Shown here: positions 18,338 to 27,710 of the stretch, piece after piece
Numbering within the stretch: the first letter of the stretch is position 1
Layout: the number at the start of each line of letters is the position of its first letter
Assembly (NCBI GenBank): GCA_963842525.1
Contig: CAWJGT010000034.1
Coordinates: forward strand, 128,001-192,000
Direction of reading: 5' to 3'
DNA from: an uncultured Holophagales bacterium
Lineage (GTDB): Bacteria; Acidobacteriota; Thermoanaerobaculia; Multivoradales; UBA5704
DNA length: 64,000 bases
Notes under the pieces: model-generated
The model's database searches: none
Seen by the model: the letters and a program-made list of their open reading frames with translations, nothing else
What the model was told of the DNA's origin: nothing
Made by a program: the position numbers and the translations under genes

Positions 18338-21300
18338 TCAGAGTCCAGGGCGGAATTGGATCAGCGCCACCCGAAAGCCTATGGTCCTGTAGCGGCGCCG
18401 AGGGTGCTCCTTGTTGCGAAAGGCGCAGCGCATGAACCTGGAACTCAAGATGGCCGAGCCTCCCCGCAACACCCGGCGGCCCTCCACAGAATGATCCTCA
18501 CGGCGCTGCCGATCTTTGAGGTCCGCCGGGTACGGGTAGGGCTCAAAGAGGCTGCGCGTCCATTCCCAGATATTCCCAGCCATCTCCTCGCAACCGTAAG
18601 GGCTCGCTCCCCCGGCAAAACAGCCGGCCGGGCTCACCTGCCGAGTTTTCGCCTCCAGAGAATTAGCAAGGCGACGATCGTCCTTCTCTCCCCAGGGGTA
18701 GCGCCGGTGTGGCCTCGGATTCTCCATCAGAGGACCATTCGAACTCCTGTTTCTCAAGGAGCCGACCTGCGGACGACTCAGAATTTTCACTCCGCCCCGT
18801 GCCGCCTTCTCCCATTCAGCCTCAGAGGGCAAGCAAACCGCCCACCCCTTTTTGAGCAGACCTCCGACTCGCCACCTCTCGGTAAGCCATTCACAAAACG
18901 CTGCGGCATCGTTCCAATTGACTCGTTCCGCGGGCACGTTGAGCGCTCCCCATCCCCACAGGCCGAAAGGCGCTCTGGACTGCCGGCCTGAGGCTTCCGC
19001 CCAGGCCCGGAGCTGCGTCACGGTCACTGGATACCGGGCAAGGAAATAGTCGTAGGGGATTTCGCAGAGATGGAGCGGCTTCTCTTCTTCCCATGCCTGC
19101 TCGTCGGAGTCCTCGCTCCCCATCCAGAACGGTCCCGCGGGCACCCGGCAGAATTCCATCCCATCGAGCGTCATGACCTCCGGCCGCGGATCTCCGACGT
19201 CGGCCAGAGCCCTACCGGCCTGTGCCCGGCGGACCGGCGCCACCTTGTCCGCGCGCATCGTCCGGAGCAAAGCCTCAACCACTCTCTGCCGGCAGGCGGA
19301 AGTCACGCCGGCCGAGCCGGCATCGGCCACCGCGCGGCCGGCCAGCACGACAGCCTGTCCGGGTCGACCGGGCGCTTGGTCCAGGAGCGCCTCCACCACC
19401 GCGCTCGCCGCCTCGTCCCGCTTCTGACCGATCCCCAGGTACCCGACGGTCAGCAGAATCACCTCGTGCCACGGCGCCTCGTCCACATGCTGGGCCAGCG
19501 CCTCGACGATTGGCTCGACTCCCTGCTGGCCTTTCTGCGCCAGGGCCACCGCCGCCAGATACTCCTGGAAGGTCAGATGAATGAAGCCGTATTGGCGGCC
19601 TCCCCGGTCGAGGAGGAGCGCGGCGTGGTCCCGCACGTCGTCCAGGAAATGCCGGGTGGCCGCTTCCGGATCACTCTCCCCCCTCTCGCGATAGATCCGC
19701 TCCAGCTCCTGGTGGAGGTCCCACTCCCTCACCAGGCCCACGCCCGGCGATGTCTGGTGCATCCAGAGAGCCAGCGGCGCCAGGATCTTCAGGGTCTCCA
19801 CCAGATCCAGGTCGCGGGACGACCGGCCGGCCAGGCTCCGCACCAGGTTCCAATTCCGCAGCAGCGTCTCGACATATGTCTGGTAGAGCTCCGTCCGCCG
19901 CTCGGGAAGGGTCACCCCCTGCCGCTTCATCAGGGCCAGGATGGTCAGCAGCAGCGGATTCGCGGCGAGCGAGCGCACCCCGGGATTGCGCTCGATGGCG
20001 GCAAGCAGCTCGTCCCGCTCGCGCTTCGCGTCCTGGACGGCCACTTGGCCGTCCCCCACCGCCGCGCGCTCCAGGGCGGAAGTCCACTTCTCCACGAACA
20101 CCTCGATCTCCTCTCGATCGAAGTCCACCAGCGTGCCTTCGACCAGCCCCTCGGCAGCGGGCCGGACCTCCCTGTACCCCACGATGCGGCTGGTGAGGGC
20201 AAATTTGTTGCCCTGCCGGCGGTGGAGGCCGTAGAAATCCCGAACCCGCTCGACCACGGTGTTGCGCAGGCCCAGCTCCTTCACCTCATCCAGACCGTCC
20301 AGAAGGAAGAGGACGTTGCCGCGAGGAAGCTCGCTGTCGAGGAGGGCGTCCAGGGGCAGGTCGAGCCCCCGCTGCTCCTGGTGATACCGGGGCAGGAAAC
20401 GGCCCAGGGGGATGTCCTCCTTGACGAGCGCGTTGGCGTAGGCGGAGAGCGGAAGGAGCACCGGCAGGCGGCCGCCCAGGCCCAGGGTTTCGCCCTGGCC
20501 GGTGGCGAGGGTGAGGGCCAGGTACTTGAGGAAGGTGGTCTTCCCCGACCCCGGGTCTCCCAGCAGGACGAGGCCGTCGTGGCTCGCCAGGAGATCGAGG
20601 ACCGGCTGCGGCTCACCGAGCTTCCGGCCCATGGCCTCCGCCTCGTCCTCGGAGGGCGTCCGGCCGGCCAGGAGGAGGCGCTCCCAGGTCTCCCCCTCGG
20701 GCGTCTCCAGGCGGGCTTTCAGAGGCACGTACATCTCCAGCAGGGGGAGCCGGATCGCGACACGGTCGGAGACGCCGAAGCCCTTGAAGTCCAGATAGCG
20801 GTAACGCTCGACGAGGTGAGCGAGGTAGCGCTCCCGGACCTGGGCGAGGTCGGGGGCCGGGGCTCGCTGGGAGTTCCTCGGCTCGCGGGCGTCGACCTTC
20901 GGCTCCTTGTCCCGCTCGAGATGGCGGAGGGCTGTGACGACCTGGGTCGCCAAGGTGTCTGGGTTGCCGTCGAAGACGTCGACAATTCGGTCCTGGCGGA
21001 CCCGGTCACGGAAACGATCCTGACGCTGGAAGAGCTCATCCGGCTCATGCAGGCTCCGGGGCAGCGGGAAGTCGTCCGAGGCGAGGAAGATGAGACGGGG
21101 AATTCCGGCAGCGATCGCGGCCTCGTATTCGCGCTCCGTGAAGGAGGTCTGCGATCCGGGAGGAGAGCTTCCGTAGAGCCCTCCGACGAGGCCCACGAGC
21201 ACGTCGCACTCGGCGATCTTGGTGCGGCAGAAGACGTCAGCTTCCCAGTCGCGGGCGCCGAAGTCTTCCATCCGAATGCAGACGCAGCCGTAGCGCTGGA

Positions 21301-21367
21301 TTGCGCGATAGACCGCCGCCCTGTGGGAACCGAGGTCGCGGGCTGTGGAGCTGAGGAAGACTTTCAT
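18338..21367 (-). CDS. DUF4062 + NACHT NTPase + FGE-sulfatase (SUMF1) domain protein (NLR-related STAND)
   Basis: MKVFLSST..DL, TEREYEAA (DUF4062); GDPGSGKTT, LLDGLDEV, TSR, NPLLL, FIHLTFQEYLAA (NACHT); LPSEAEWEKAARG, MAGNIWEWT, VLRGGS, IGFRV (FGE). Confidence 0.9.
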   Translation of the reverse strand: MKVFLSSTARDLGSHRAAVYRAIQRYGCVCIRMEDFGARDWEADVFCRTKIAECDVLVGLVGGLYGSSPPGSQTSFTEREYEAAIAAGIPRLIFLASDDFPLPRSLHEPDELFQRQDRFRDRVRQDRIVDVFDGNPDTLATQVVTALRHLERDKEPKVDAREPRNSQRAPAPDLAQVRERYLAHLVERYRYLDFKGFGVSDRVAIRLPLLEMYVPLKARLETPEGETWERLLLAGRTPSEDEAEAMGRKLGEPQPVLDLLASHDGLVLLGDPGSGKTTFLKYLALTLATGQGETLGLGGRLPVLLPLSAYANALVKEDIPLGRFLPRYHQEQRGLDLPLDALLDSELPRGNVLFLLDGLDEVKELGLRNTVVERVRDFYGLHRRQGNKFALTSRIVGYREVRPAAEGLVEGTLVDFDREEIEVFVEKWTSALERAAVGDGQVAVQDAKRERDELLAAIERNPGVRSLAANPLLLTILALMKRQGVTLPERRTELYQTYVETLLRNWNLVRSLAGRSSRDLDLVETLKILAPLALWMHQTSPGVGLVREWDLHQELERIYRERGESDPEAATRHFLDDVRDHAALLLDRGGRQYGFIHLTFQEYLAAVALAQKGQQGVEPIVEALAQHVDEAPWHEVILLTVGYLGIGQKRDEAASAVVEALLDQAPGRPGQAVVLAGRAVADAGSAGVTSACRQRVVEALLRTMRADKVAPVRRAQAGRALADVGDPRPEVMTLDGMEFCRVPAGPFWMGSEDSDEQAWEEEKPLHLCEIPYDYFLARYPVTVTQLRAWAEASGRQSRAPFGLWGWGALNVPAERVNWNDAAAFCEWLTERWRVGGLLKKGWAVCLPSEAEWEKAARGGVKILSRPQVGSLRNRSSNGPLMENPRPHRRYPWGEKDDRRLANSLEAKTRQVSPAGCFAGGASPYGCEEMAGNIWEWTRSLFEPYPYPADLKDRQRREDHSVEGRRVLRGGSAILSSRFMRCAFRNKEHPRRRYRTIGFRVALIQFRPGL

Positions 21368-21420
21368 GGCGGACGGAATCTCGCCATGAGTTTAGCAAAG
21401 GCGGTCCCCGCCTGCTCTTA

Positions 21421-21692
21421 AGGTTGGGCAGTCACCGCCCTTCGCTAACGACAGGGGCGTCGAGGTTGGGCAGTCGCTGCCCTTCGCTAACAGCAGGGCC
21501 GTTAAGGTTGGGCAGTCACTGCCCTTCGCTAACAGCAGGACCGTTGAGGTTGGGCAGCCGCTGCCCTTCGTTAACAGCAGAGCCGTTGAGGTTGGGCAGC
21601 CGCTGCCCTTCGTTAACAGCAGAGCCGTTAAGGTTGGGCAGTCACTGCCCTTCGTTAACAGCAGGGGCGTTAGGGTTGGGCAGTCGCTGCCC
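21421..21692. repeat. Tandem array of a 42-bp unit (6 full + 1 partial), each with a GGGCAG-N3-CTGCCC hairpin
   Basis: Units start at 21421, 21463, 21505, 21547, 21589, 21631, 21673; consensus AGGTTGGGCAGYCRCTGCCCTTCGYTAACAGCAGRRCCGTTR. Confidence 0.9.
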
Positions 21693-21763
21693 TCGGTCAG
21701 GAATCGACCGGGATTCGAAGAGCGGGCGAGACGCCATCGGTCCGAGGCCCGCCCACCCCAGCT

Positions 21764-22879
21764 TCAGACCAGCCCCTGGAGAAACGCCAGAGCCGGAGCG
21801 ACGCGGATCCCCTCCGGGCTGACATAGTCCTTCTGCCCGGTGGCCGAGATCTGCCAGGCCTCGGCGTCTGGAAAGCGCGCCTTGAGGTACCGCAGGCTGC
21901 GGTCGATCTCCGCGTCCGCCCATTTGCACTCGATGAGCCGGAGGGGCTTGCGCCTGTCCGTGACCACGAAGTCCACCTCCCGGCCGTCGACGTCCCGGAA
22001 GTACCGCAGCTCCAGGTCGCGCCCCTGGGTGTCCTGCTCGTACTGGACCCATTTCAGGAGGTGGGAGGCGACCAGGTTCTCGAAGCGCTGAGGGTCGGTT
22101 GGGACGAGGGTCCAGTCGAAGTGGTAGTGCTTCTGCTCCTTCTTGACCGCCCGGATCGCCGGGCTGCCGAAGGGCGGCAGGCGGAAGATTGCGAAGAGTC
22201 GTTCGAGGATCTGCAACCAGCTCGACACGGTCTTGTGGCTCACCTGGAGATCCTCTCGCAGGCCGTTGACCGACAGGGGCGATCCGACGAGATCGGGCAG
22301 ACGGAGCATCAGCAGCTCGAGGGTTCCAAGATCCTGGACCCGCTCCAGGCTCACGAGCTCCTCGCGGATCAGCAGGTTGCGGTATTCGCGCGACCAGCGC
22401 CGGGCCTCGACCTCGGAGCCGCTGAAGTAGGGCTCTGGGAAGCCTCCCAGGGTGAGGAGCCGGAGCAACTCGTCCAGAGTTGTGAGGCCAAGCTCGGCTG
22501 ACGACAAGGGATGGAGATGAAGCAGGTGATAGCGCCCCTGGAGGGAGTCCCCGGAGTAGCGGTATAGATCCAGCCGTGCGCTGCCGGTGACCAGGATGTG
22601 CTGGTCGGGCGACTTGCCGTCGTAGAGACCCTTCAGATAGTTGAGCCAGAGACGGTATTTATGGATCTCGTCAAAGATCCAAAGAGGGGACACCGGCAGC
22701 TCCCGGCGGAGGATCCGCTCCCGGTGCTCAGGGATGTCCCAGTTGAGATAGCCCCGATCCGCGCCCGGCAGACTCTTCGCCAGTGTGGTCTTGCCGACCT
22801 GGCGCGGCCCGGCCACGAAAACCATCTTCCGGGTCAGATCCTTCTCGATCTGGGATCTCAGATACCGGGGAGCGTCCAT
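21764..22879 (-). CDS. AAA_14 ATPase with DUF4143 C-terminal domain
   Basis: GPRQVGKTT, IFDEIHK, VTGSARL, SLQGR, GGFPE, FENLV, REVDFV, IECK. Confidence 0.9.
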   Translation of the reverse strand: MDAPRYLRSQIEKDLTRKMVFVAGPRQVGKTTLAKSLPGADRGYLNWDIPEHRERILRRELPVSPLWIFDEIHKYRLWLNYLKGLYDGKSPDQHILVTGSARLDLYRYSGDSLQGRYHLLHLHPLSSAELGLTTLDELLRLLTLGGFPEPYFSGSEVEARRWSREYRNLLIREELVSLERVQDLGTLELLMLRLPDLVGSPLSVNGLREDLQVSHKTVSSWLQILERLFAIFRLPPFGSPAIRAVKKEQKHYHFDWTLVPTDPQRFENLVASHLLKWVQYEQDTQGRDLELRYFRDVDGREVDFVVTDRRKPLRLIECKWADAEIDRSLRYLKARFPDAEAWQISATGQKDYVSPEGIRVAPALAFLQGLV

Positions 22880-22897
22880 GTCACCATGGTGCCAGGA

Positions 22898-22949
22898 TTT
22901 TCACCCCCAGTCAAAAAAACTCGCGCGTGTTTTCGACTCCGGGTGAAAA
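22898..22949. promoter_or_regulatory. Long imperfect inverted repeat (putative operator) between divergent genes
   Basis: TTTTCACCC.AGTC.AAAA...TTTT.GACT.GGGTGAAAA, AT-rich relative to the flanks. Confidence 0.45.
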
Positions 22950-22989
22950 CGCTCGGGGGTCGCTCCATGCTACTCTGAACACAGGGCTT

Positions 22990-24096
22990 ATGCGCGACAC
23001 CAAGCTCATCCTGATCCTGCTGTCGATCCTGGTCTTCCTGACCGTCGGGTTCGTCCTCAACCTGCTGCAGTCGATCCTCATTCCGCTGGTGGTCGCGGTC
23101 TTCCTGTTCCAGATCTTCTCGCCGCTGATGGCGGCGCTGCACCGGCGGCGGCTGCCGCCTTCGGTGGCGATCCTCGTGGTGCTGGTGGTGGTCTCGGCGG
23201 TCCTCCTGCTCGCCTCCCTGATCCTCTATTCGAGCGCGGAGGCCTTCACCGAGAAGATGCCGGCGTACCAGGAGAAGCTCACCGGGCTCTTCGATCACCT
23301 CTTCGCGCGCCTGAGCGCCGCCTTCCCCGTGATGCGGCCGCAGGTCGAGCGCTGGCGGATGGGCGAGACCCTCGAGATCTCGGCGGTGACCGGGTTCCTG
23401 GCCGCGGGGGTCGGCTCGTTCCTGGTCTTCTTCACGGACCTGGTGATGATCCTGCTGTTCCTGGTCTTCCTCCTGCTGGGGAGCGCAAGCTTCCCGAACA
23501 AGCTGGGCCGCGCCCTGGCGCCGGGCCGCACCAAGCGGATGACCGTCATGATGCGCAACATCGAGGAGCAGGTCCGGCAGTACCTGCTGATGAAGACGCT
23601 GATCAACCTCGCCAACGGCGTGCTGGTGACGATCCTCCTCGCCGCGTTCGGCGTCGACCTGCCGATCTTCTGGGGGTTCGTGACCTTCCTCGCCCACTAC
23701 ATCCCGCAGATCGGCGGCGTCCTCTCGGTCGGCCTGCCCGCAATCTTTTTCCTGCTCCAGTTCGACTCTCTCGGACAGGCCCTGCTGGTGGCGGGGCTCA
23801 ACCTGGTGCTGCAGTTCGTGATCGGCAACGTCGTCGAGCCGCGGGTCATGGGGACGCGGCTCAACCTGAGCCCGCTCCTGGTGCTCCTCTCCCTGATCTT
23901 CTGGGGCTGGCTGTGGGGACCGTGGGGCATGGTCCTCGCCGTGCCGATCACCGCCACGATCAAGATCGTCTGCGAGAACGTCCAGGTCCTCTGGCCCATC
24001 GCGATCCTGATGAGCGATTCGGTCGACAAGGAGGAGGAGCAGATCGAGGACATCCAGGAGCTGCCGGTCGCGCCGGCGTCCGGTCAGGTGTCCTGA
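22990..24096 (+). CDS. AI-2E (PerM/TqsA) family transporter
   Basis: ILIPLVVA, YIPQIGG, GNVVEPRVMG, LNLSPL, WGWLWGPWGMVLAVP. Confidence 0.9.
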   Translation: MRDTKLILILLSILVFLTVGFVLNLLQSILIPLVVAVFLFQIFSPLMAALHRRRLPPSVAILVVLVVVSAVLLLASLILYSSAEAFTEKMPAYQEKLTGLFDHLFARLSAAFPVMRPQVERWRMGETLEISAVTGFLAAGVGSFLVFFTDLVMILLFLVFLLLGSASFPNKLGRALAPGRTKRMTVMMRNIEEQVRQYLLMKTLINLANGVLVTILLAAFGVDLPIFWGFVTFLAHYIPQIGGVLSVGLPAIFFLLQFDSLGQALLVAGLNLVLQFVIGNVVEPRVMGTRLNLSPLLVLLSLIFWGWLWGPWGMVLAVPITATIKIVCENVQVLWPIAILMSDSVDKEEEQIEDIQELPVAPASGQVS

Positions 24097-24116
24097 TCCT
24101 CACCCCCCTCGCGCCC

Positions 24117-24758
24117 TCAGACGATCCCCCGCTCCAGCGCCTTGACGACCGCCTGCGTGCGGTCGCGCACACCCAGCTTCGACAGGATGTTCGAGATGTG
24201 GTTCTTGACCGTGCCCTCGGCGACGTGGAGGGAATCGGCGATCTCGCGGTTGCTCAGGCCGCCGGTCATCAGGCGCAGGACCGTGACCTCGCGCTCGGTG
24301 AGCGGGTCCGGCTCGTCCAGGCTCGGGAAGGCGGAGCCCACATGGAGCGCGGCCCGCAGCAGGCGTTCGGTGACCGCCGGTTGCAGGAGGGTGCCCCCGC
24401 CGGCCACGGTGCGGATCGCCTCGGCCAGACGCTCCAGCGAGATGTCCTTCAAGAGAAAGCCGCGGGCTCCCTGGCGGATGGCTTCGAGCATCAGGCCGTC
24501 GTCGTCGAAGGTCGTTAGGACGATGGTCGGCGGCAGGCGGTCTTCGGCGCGGAGGGCGCGCAGGACGCCGATCCCGTCGAGGCCCGGCATGCGGAGGTCG
24601 AGGAGGACGACGTCGGGCCGGGTCTCGGCCAGGACCCGCAGGGCGGTCTCGCCGTCCGCGGCCTCGCCGGCGACCTCGATGTCCGGCAACAGGTCGATCA
24701 GGGCGCGGATGCCCTCGCGCACCAGGGTCTGATCGTCCACCAGGCAGGTCCGGATCAC
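24117..24758 (-). CDS. NarL/LuxR family response regulator
   Basis: LVDDQ, LLDLRMP, LTTF, FLLKD, LTERE...SNREIA...TVKNH; GTG overlaps the kinase stop. Confidence 0.9.
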   Translation of the reverse strand: MIRTCLVDDQTLVREGIRALIDLLPDIEVAGEAADGETALRVLAETRPDVVLLDLRMPGLDGIGVLRALRAEDRLPPTIVLTTFDDDGLMLEAIRQGARGFLLKDISLERLAEAIRTVAGGGTLLQPAVTERLLRAALHVGSAFPSLDEPDPLTEREVTVLRLMTGGLSNREIADSLHVAEGTVKNHISNILSKLGVRDRTQAVVKALERGIV

Positions 24759-25951
24759 GCCGCGTCCTCCGCGGTGTCCGGCAGCCAAGCCGTCACCTCG
24801 AAGCCGCGGTCCGGGGCCGAGTCGATGTCGAGCCGTCCGCCCAGCTTCTCCAGCCGCTCGCGCATCCCCCGCAGGCCGTTGCCCGGCACGACCTCGGCCG
24901 CTCCGCGACCGTCGTCGCGCGCCCGCAGAGTGAGCCCTCCCCCGCCGTCGCTCACCTCCAGCCAGAGGTTGCGTGCCGCGGCGTGGCGCACCGCATTGGT
25001 AAAGACCTCCTGGGTCCAGCGCAGCACGGTGTGGGCGAGGTCGGAGCTTTCGAGTCGCACCTCCGGCCGGACGGTCAGGTGGACCAGCGGCTCGTCCACG
25101 CCTGCTCCCAGCTCGGCGAGGGCCGCGGCGAGACGGCCTTCCAGGGCCACGGCGGGATCGGACGGGACGGGAGGCTCGTCCTGGCGCAGGGTGGTCACCA
25201 CCTCGCGAACCTCCTGGAGGAGCCCCTTCGCGACGCGTTGCGCCGTGACTACGCGCTCCCGCGCCGTGCCCTCCAGGGTCTCCGGAGCGTGGAGCGCCGC
25301 CTCCAGGTTGAGCGAGAGGGCGGTCAGGTGGTGGCCCAGCACGTCGTGCAGCTCGCGGGCGATGCGCAGGCGCTCGGCCGCGCGGGTGCTCTCGGCGAGG
25401 AGCTGGCGCGTGGCGAGCAGCGATTCATGGGTCCGGGCGAGCTCGGCCCGGGCCTGCCTTTCGCTCTGCGCGATGCGGAAGGTGTAGAGCGCGAAGAGCT
25501 GGAAGCCGAGGTAGACCCCGCTGACAAGGATCGCCATGACGACCCCTGCGCTGGCGACCAGAGGGCCCGCCAACACCGCCGTCTGGACCGCGACCCAGGC
25601 GAGGGAAGGGCCGAGCGGGAGAAAGCCGGGGAGCTGCGCCGCGACGATGACCGGCAGGACGCTTCCCATGGGATTGGGGACCAACCAGCCCAGGGCCAAA
25701 GCCGTCAGGCTCTGGAGCGCCAGGAGGGCCAGGTGCCATCGGGTTGCTCGGTCCGGAGGCCGGAGCGCCGTCACAGTGAACGCGGCAAGGAAGATGAAGA
25801 ACCCCGCCATCCAGGCGACGCACCGGGGCTGGGCCATCCGCGAGGGGTCTTGCAGAAGCTCCATCCAGACCGGGAATTCGGCAAAACAGCAGGTCGCGAT
25901 CCCGACCCAGAGGAGAGGCCGGGTCTGGGACGAGGTCCGGGGCTCGGTCAT
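24755..25951 (-). CDS. Membrane sensor histidine kinase (HisKA_3, DesK/NarX-like)
   Basis: About 5 TMs, ERLRIARELHDVLGHHL, QEVFTNAVRHA, DDGRG, GNGLRGMRER. Confidence 0.9.
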   Translation of the reverse strand: MTEPRTSSQTRPLLWVGIATCCFAEFPVWMELLQDPSRMAQPRCVAWMAGFFIFLAAFTVTALRPPDRATRWHLALLALQSLTALALGWLVPNPMGSVLPVIVAAQLPGFLPLGPSLAWVAVQTAVLAGPLVASAGVVMAILVSGVYLGFQLFALYTFRIAQSERQARAELARTHESLLATRQLLAESTRAAERLRIARELHDVLGHHLTALSLNLEAALHAPETLEGTARERVVTAQRVAKGLLQEVREVVTTLRQDEPPVPSDPAVALEGRLAAALAELGAGVDEPLVHLTVRPEVRLESSDLAHTVLRWTQEVFTNAVRHAAARNLWLEVSDGGGGLTLRARDDGRGAAEVVPGNGLRGMRERLEKLGGRLDIDSAPDRGFEVTAWLPDTAEDAA

Positions 25952-26120
25952 GCATCGAGTATAGGCCCGGGCTCGACGGCTCACCCGTGCCGAAAGTCAT
26001 GATCGAAAGATCCCACCTCCGGCACTGGGAGATGGCAGGCGTCCCACCCTACCGTGGAGAACAGGCCGGAGACCCGGGGCATGATGCCCTGAACCGACCG
26101 GCCCCCGGAGGACTCACCCC

Positions 26121-26726
26121 ATGCGCCGTCTCGCTCTCCTTCAGATTCTTTTTGGGGCCATCGCCCTGCTGCTCGCCGCGGGCGCCGAAGCCCAGCAGCC
26201 CAAGGACCTCGCCGACATCGCCCGCACGCTTCCGTCCCTGCCACGGGAGGCCGGGCTCGTCCGCATGCCCCTCGACGGGGCCGGTCCCTTCACCTGGCGC
26301 CCCGTGCGCGATGGGATCGCCGTCACCCCCCAGGCCGGTGCGCTGACCGCGTCCTACCGCATCTCCTCGGGGCAGCCCGCGGGTGCGGCCCTGGTGTTGC
26401 CGGCCGGCACCTTCGCCGGGCTCAAGTCCCTGCGGCTCAAGACCCACGGCAGCCGCAGCACGCAGCTCGTGATCGCCCTGCACGACGCGGCCGGCGTGGT
26501 CTACGCCTTTCCGGCCGTCTTCGTGCGGGTCGGCGACAGCCGCGACGCCGAGGTCTTCGTCGAGGATCTGTCGTATCTGGGTCCCGCATCGACCGCGCCC
26601 GATCCGGGCCGCTTCGATCCGTCCGGAGCGGTGATGGTCACCCTGCTCGATCTCGCAGGCTTCATGAGCCCGGACACATCCGAGGTCGCCTGGACGGTCG
26701 AGAGCCTGGAAGGGGTGCTGCAATGA
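26121..26726 (+). CDS. Secreted hypothetical protein (possible carbohydrate-binding-like beta sandwich)
   Basis: Signal peptide ending AEA; GGAGG RBS; coupled to the next gene by ATGA overlap. Confidence 0.65.
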   Translation: MRRLALLQILFGAIALLLAAGAEAQQPKDLADIARTLPSLPREAGLVRMPLDGAGPFTWRPVRDGIAVTPQAGALTASYRISSGQPAGAALVLPAGTFAGLKSLRLKTHGSRSTQLVIALHDAAGVVYAFPAVFVRVGDSRDAEVFVEDLSYLGPASTAPDPGRFDPSGAVMVTLLDLAGFMSPDTSEVAWTVESLEGVLQ

Positions 26727-27601
26727 GCCGCCGCCGTTCGATCGCCCTCGTCTCCCTGGGTCTCCTGATGGTTTTGGGCGTGGCCGCGGCGCTGGCTGCC
26801 GGCACCGGCCGCCACCCCATGGCCCTCAAGGCCGAGCAGGAATTCTTCGCGGCCTTCAACGGCAACCCGCGGGCCAGGACAGCCCCGCTGCGCAGCCTGT
26901 GGACCGCGGCCGTGTCCGATCCGGCCGACGCCCGCACCTGGCTTCTGCTCGGCCTCGACCACCTGTGGATCGCGGCGGAGGGGGATAAGACCAACCCCAC
27001 CGTCATCGAGCACTTGGTGCTCGCCGAGCGCTTCCTCGCCCGCGCCCAGGAGCTCGACCCGAAGGACCGCCGCATCCCGAGCTGGCTGGTCCCCGTGCGT
27101 CTCTCGCTCACAGGCTACCTCGGCCAGAAAGGCAAGGAGGCGGAGATCCTGCGAGACCTCGAGACCGCCTATGCCGAGGACCCCAATTTCCACTCGTTCT
27201 CGATCGCGCTGCTGGGCGTGGGCTCCGACCGCCGCTCTCCCGAGTTTCAGCGTGGGCTTGTGGCGCTCCGGTCCACCACCAGCGGCTGCGCCGTGGCCGA
27301 AGACCCTTCGTGCCAGAACCGTCCGCACTGGCCGCACAACCAGGAGGCCTATGAGACCTTCTGGGCCGACTACGAGCTCAAGGCCGGGAACGCCGACCGG
27401 GCACGCGAGCTCCTGCTCGCGGTCCAGCAGAGCCCGGCGTATTCGCAGTGGCCGTTCCGCCACGAGACGGAAGACCGTCTGAAGAACCTGGACGCCTACG
27501 CCGCTCTCCTCGGCAACGACGACCCCGGCGACGACCCTCCCCACCTGATGTCCATCTCCAGCGGCATCATGTGCCAGAGCTGCCACCTGGGGGTTGACTG
27601 A
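26723..27601 (+). CDS. Secreted helical (TPR-like) protein with C-terminal CxxCH motif
   Basis: Signal peptide; ends MCQSCHLGVD*. Confidence 0.7.
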   Translation: MSRRRSIALVSLGLLMVLGVAAALAAGTGRHPMALKAEQEFFAAFNGNPRARTAPLRSLWTAAVSDPADARTWLLLGLDHLWIAAEGDKTNPTVIEHLVLAERFLARAQELDPKDRRIPSWLVPVRLSLTGYLGQKGKEAEILRDLETAYAEDPNFHSFSIALLGVGSDRRSPEFQRGLVALRSTTSGCAVAEDPSCQNRPHWPHNQEAYETFWADYELKAGNADRARELLLAVQQSPAYSQWPFRHETEDRLKNLDAYAALLGNDDPGDDPPHLMSISSGIMCQSCHLGVD

Positions 27602-27710
27602 GCCCCCTCCCCCGACCCCTCCCCCGCGCGTCCACCACCCCACCCCCCGAGCGGGAGAGGGGCGTCACCACCCAGGCACCATAGCGTTCCCCCTCTCCCG
27701 TTCGGGGTGG
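27602..27710. repeat. Degenerate REP element (right arm truncated)
   Basis: CCCCCTCCCCCGACCCCTCCCCC...GCGGGAGAGGGG...CCCCTCTCCCG. Confidence 0.55.

Noticed and set aside
18338-18500. Complete diversity-generating retroelement
   Set aside because: No reverse transcriptase or template repeat is visible in the window; kept only as a hypothesis
21421-21692. CRISPR array
   Set aside because: Units are contiguous near-identical 42-mers with no unique spacers, and there are no cas genes in the window
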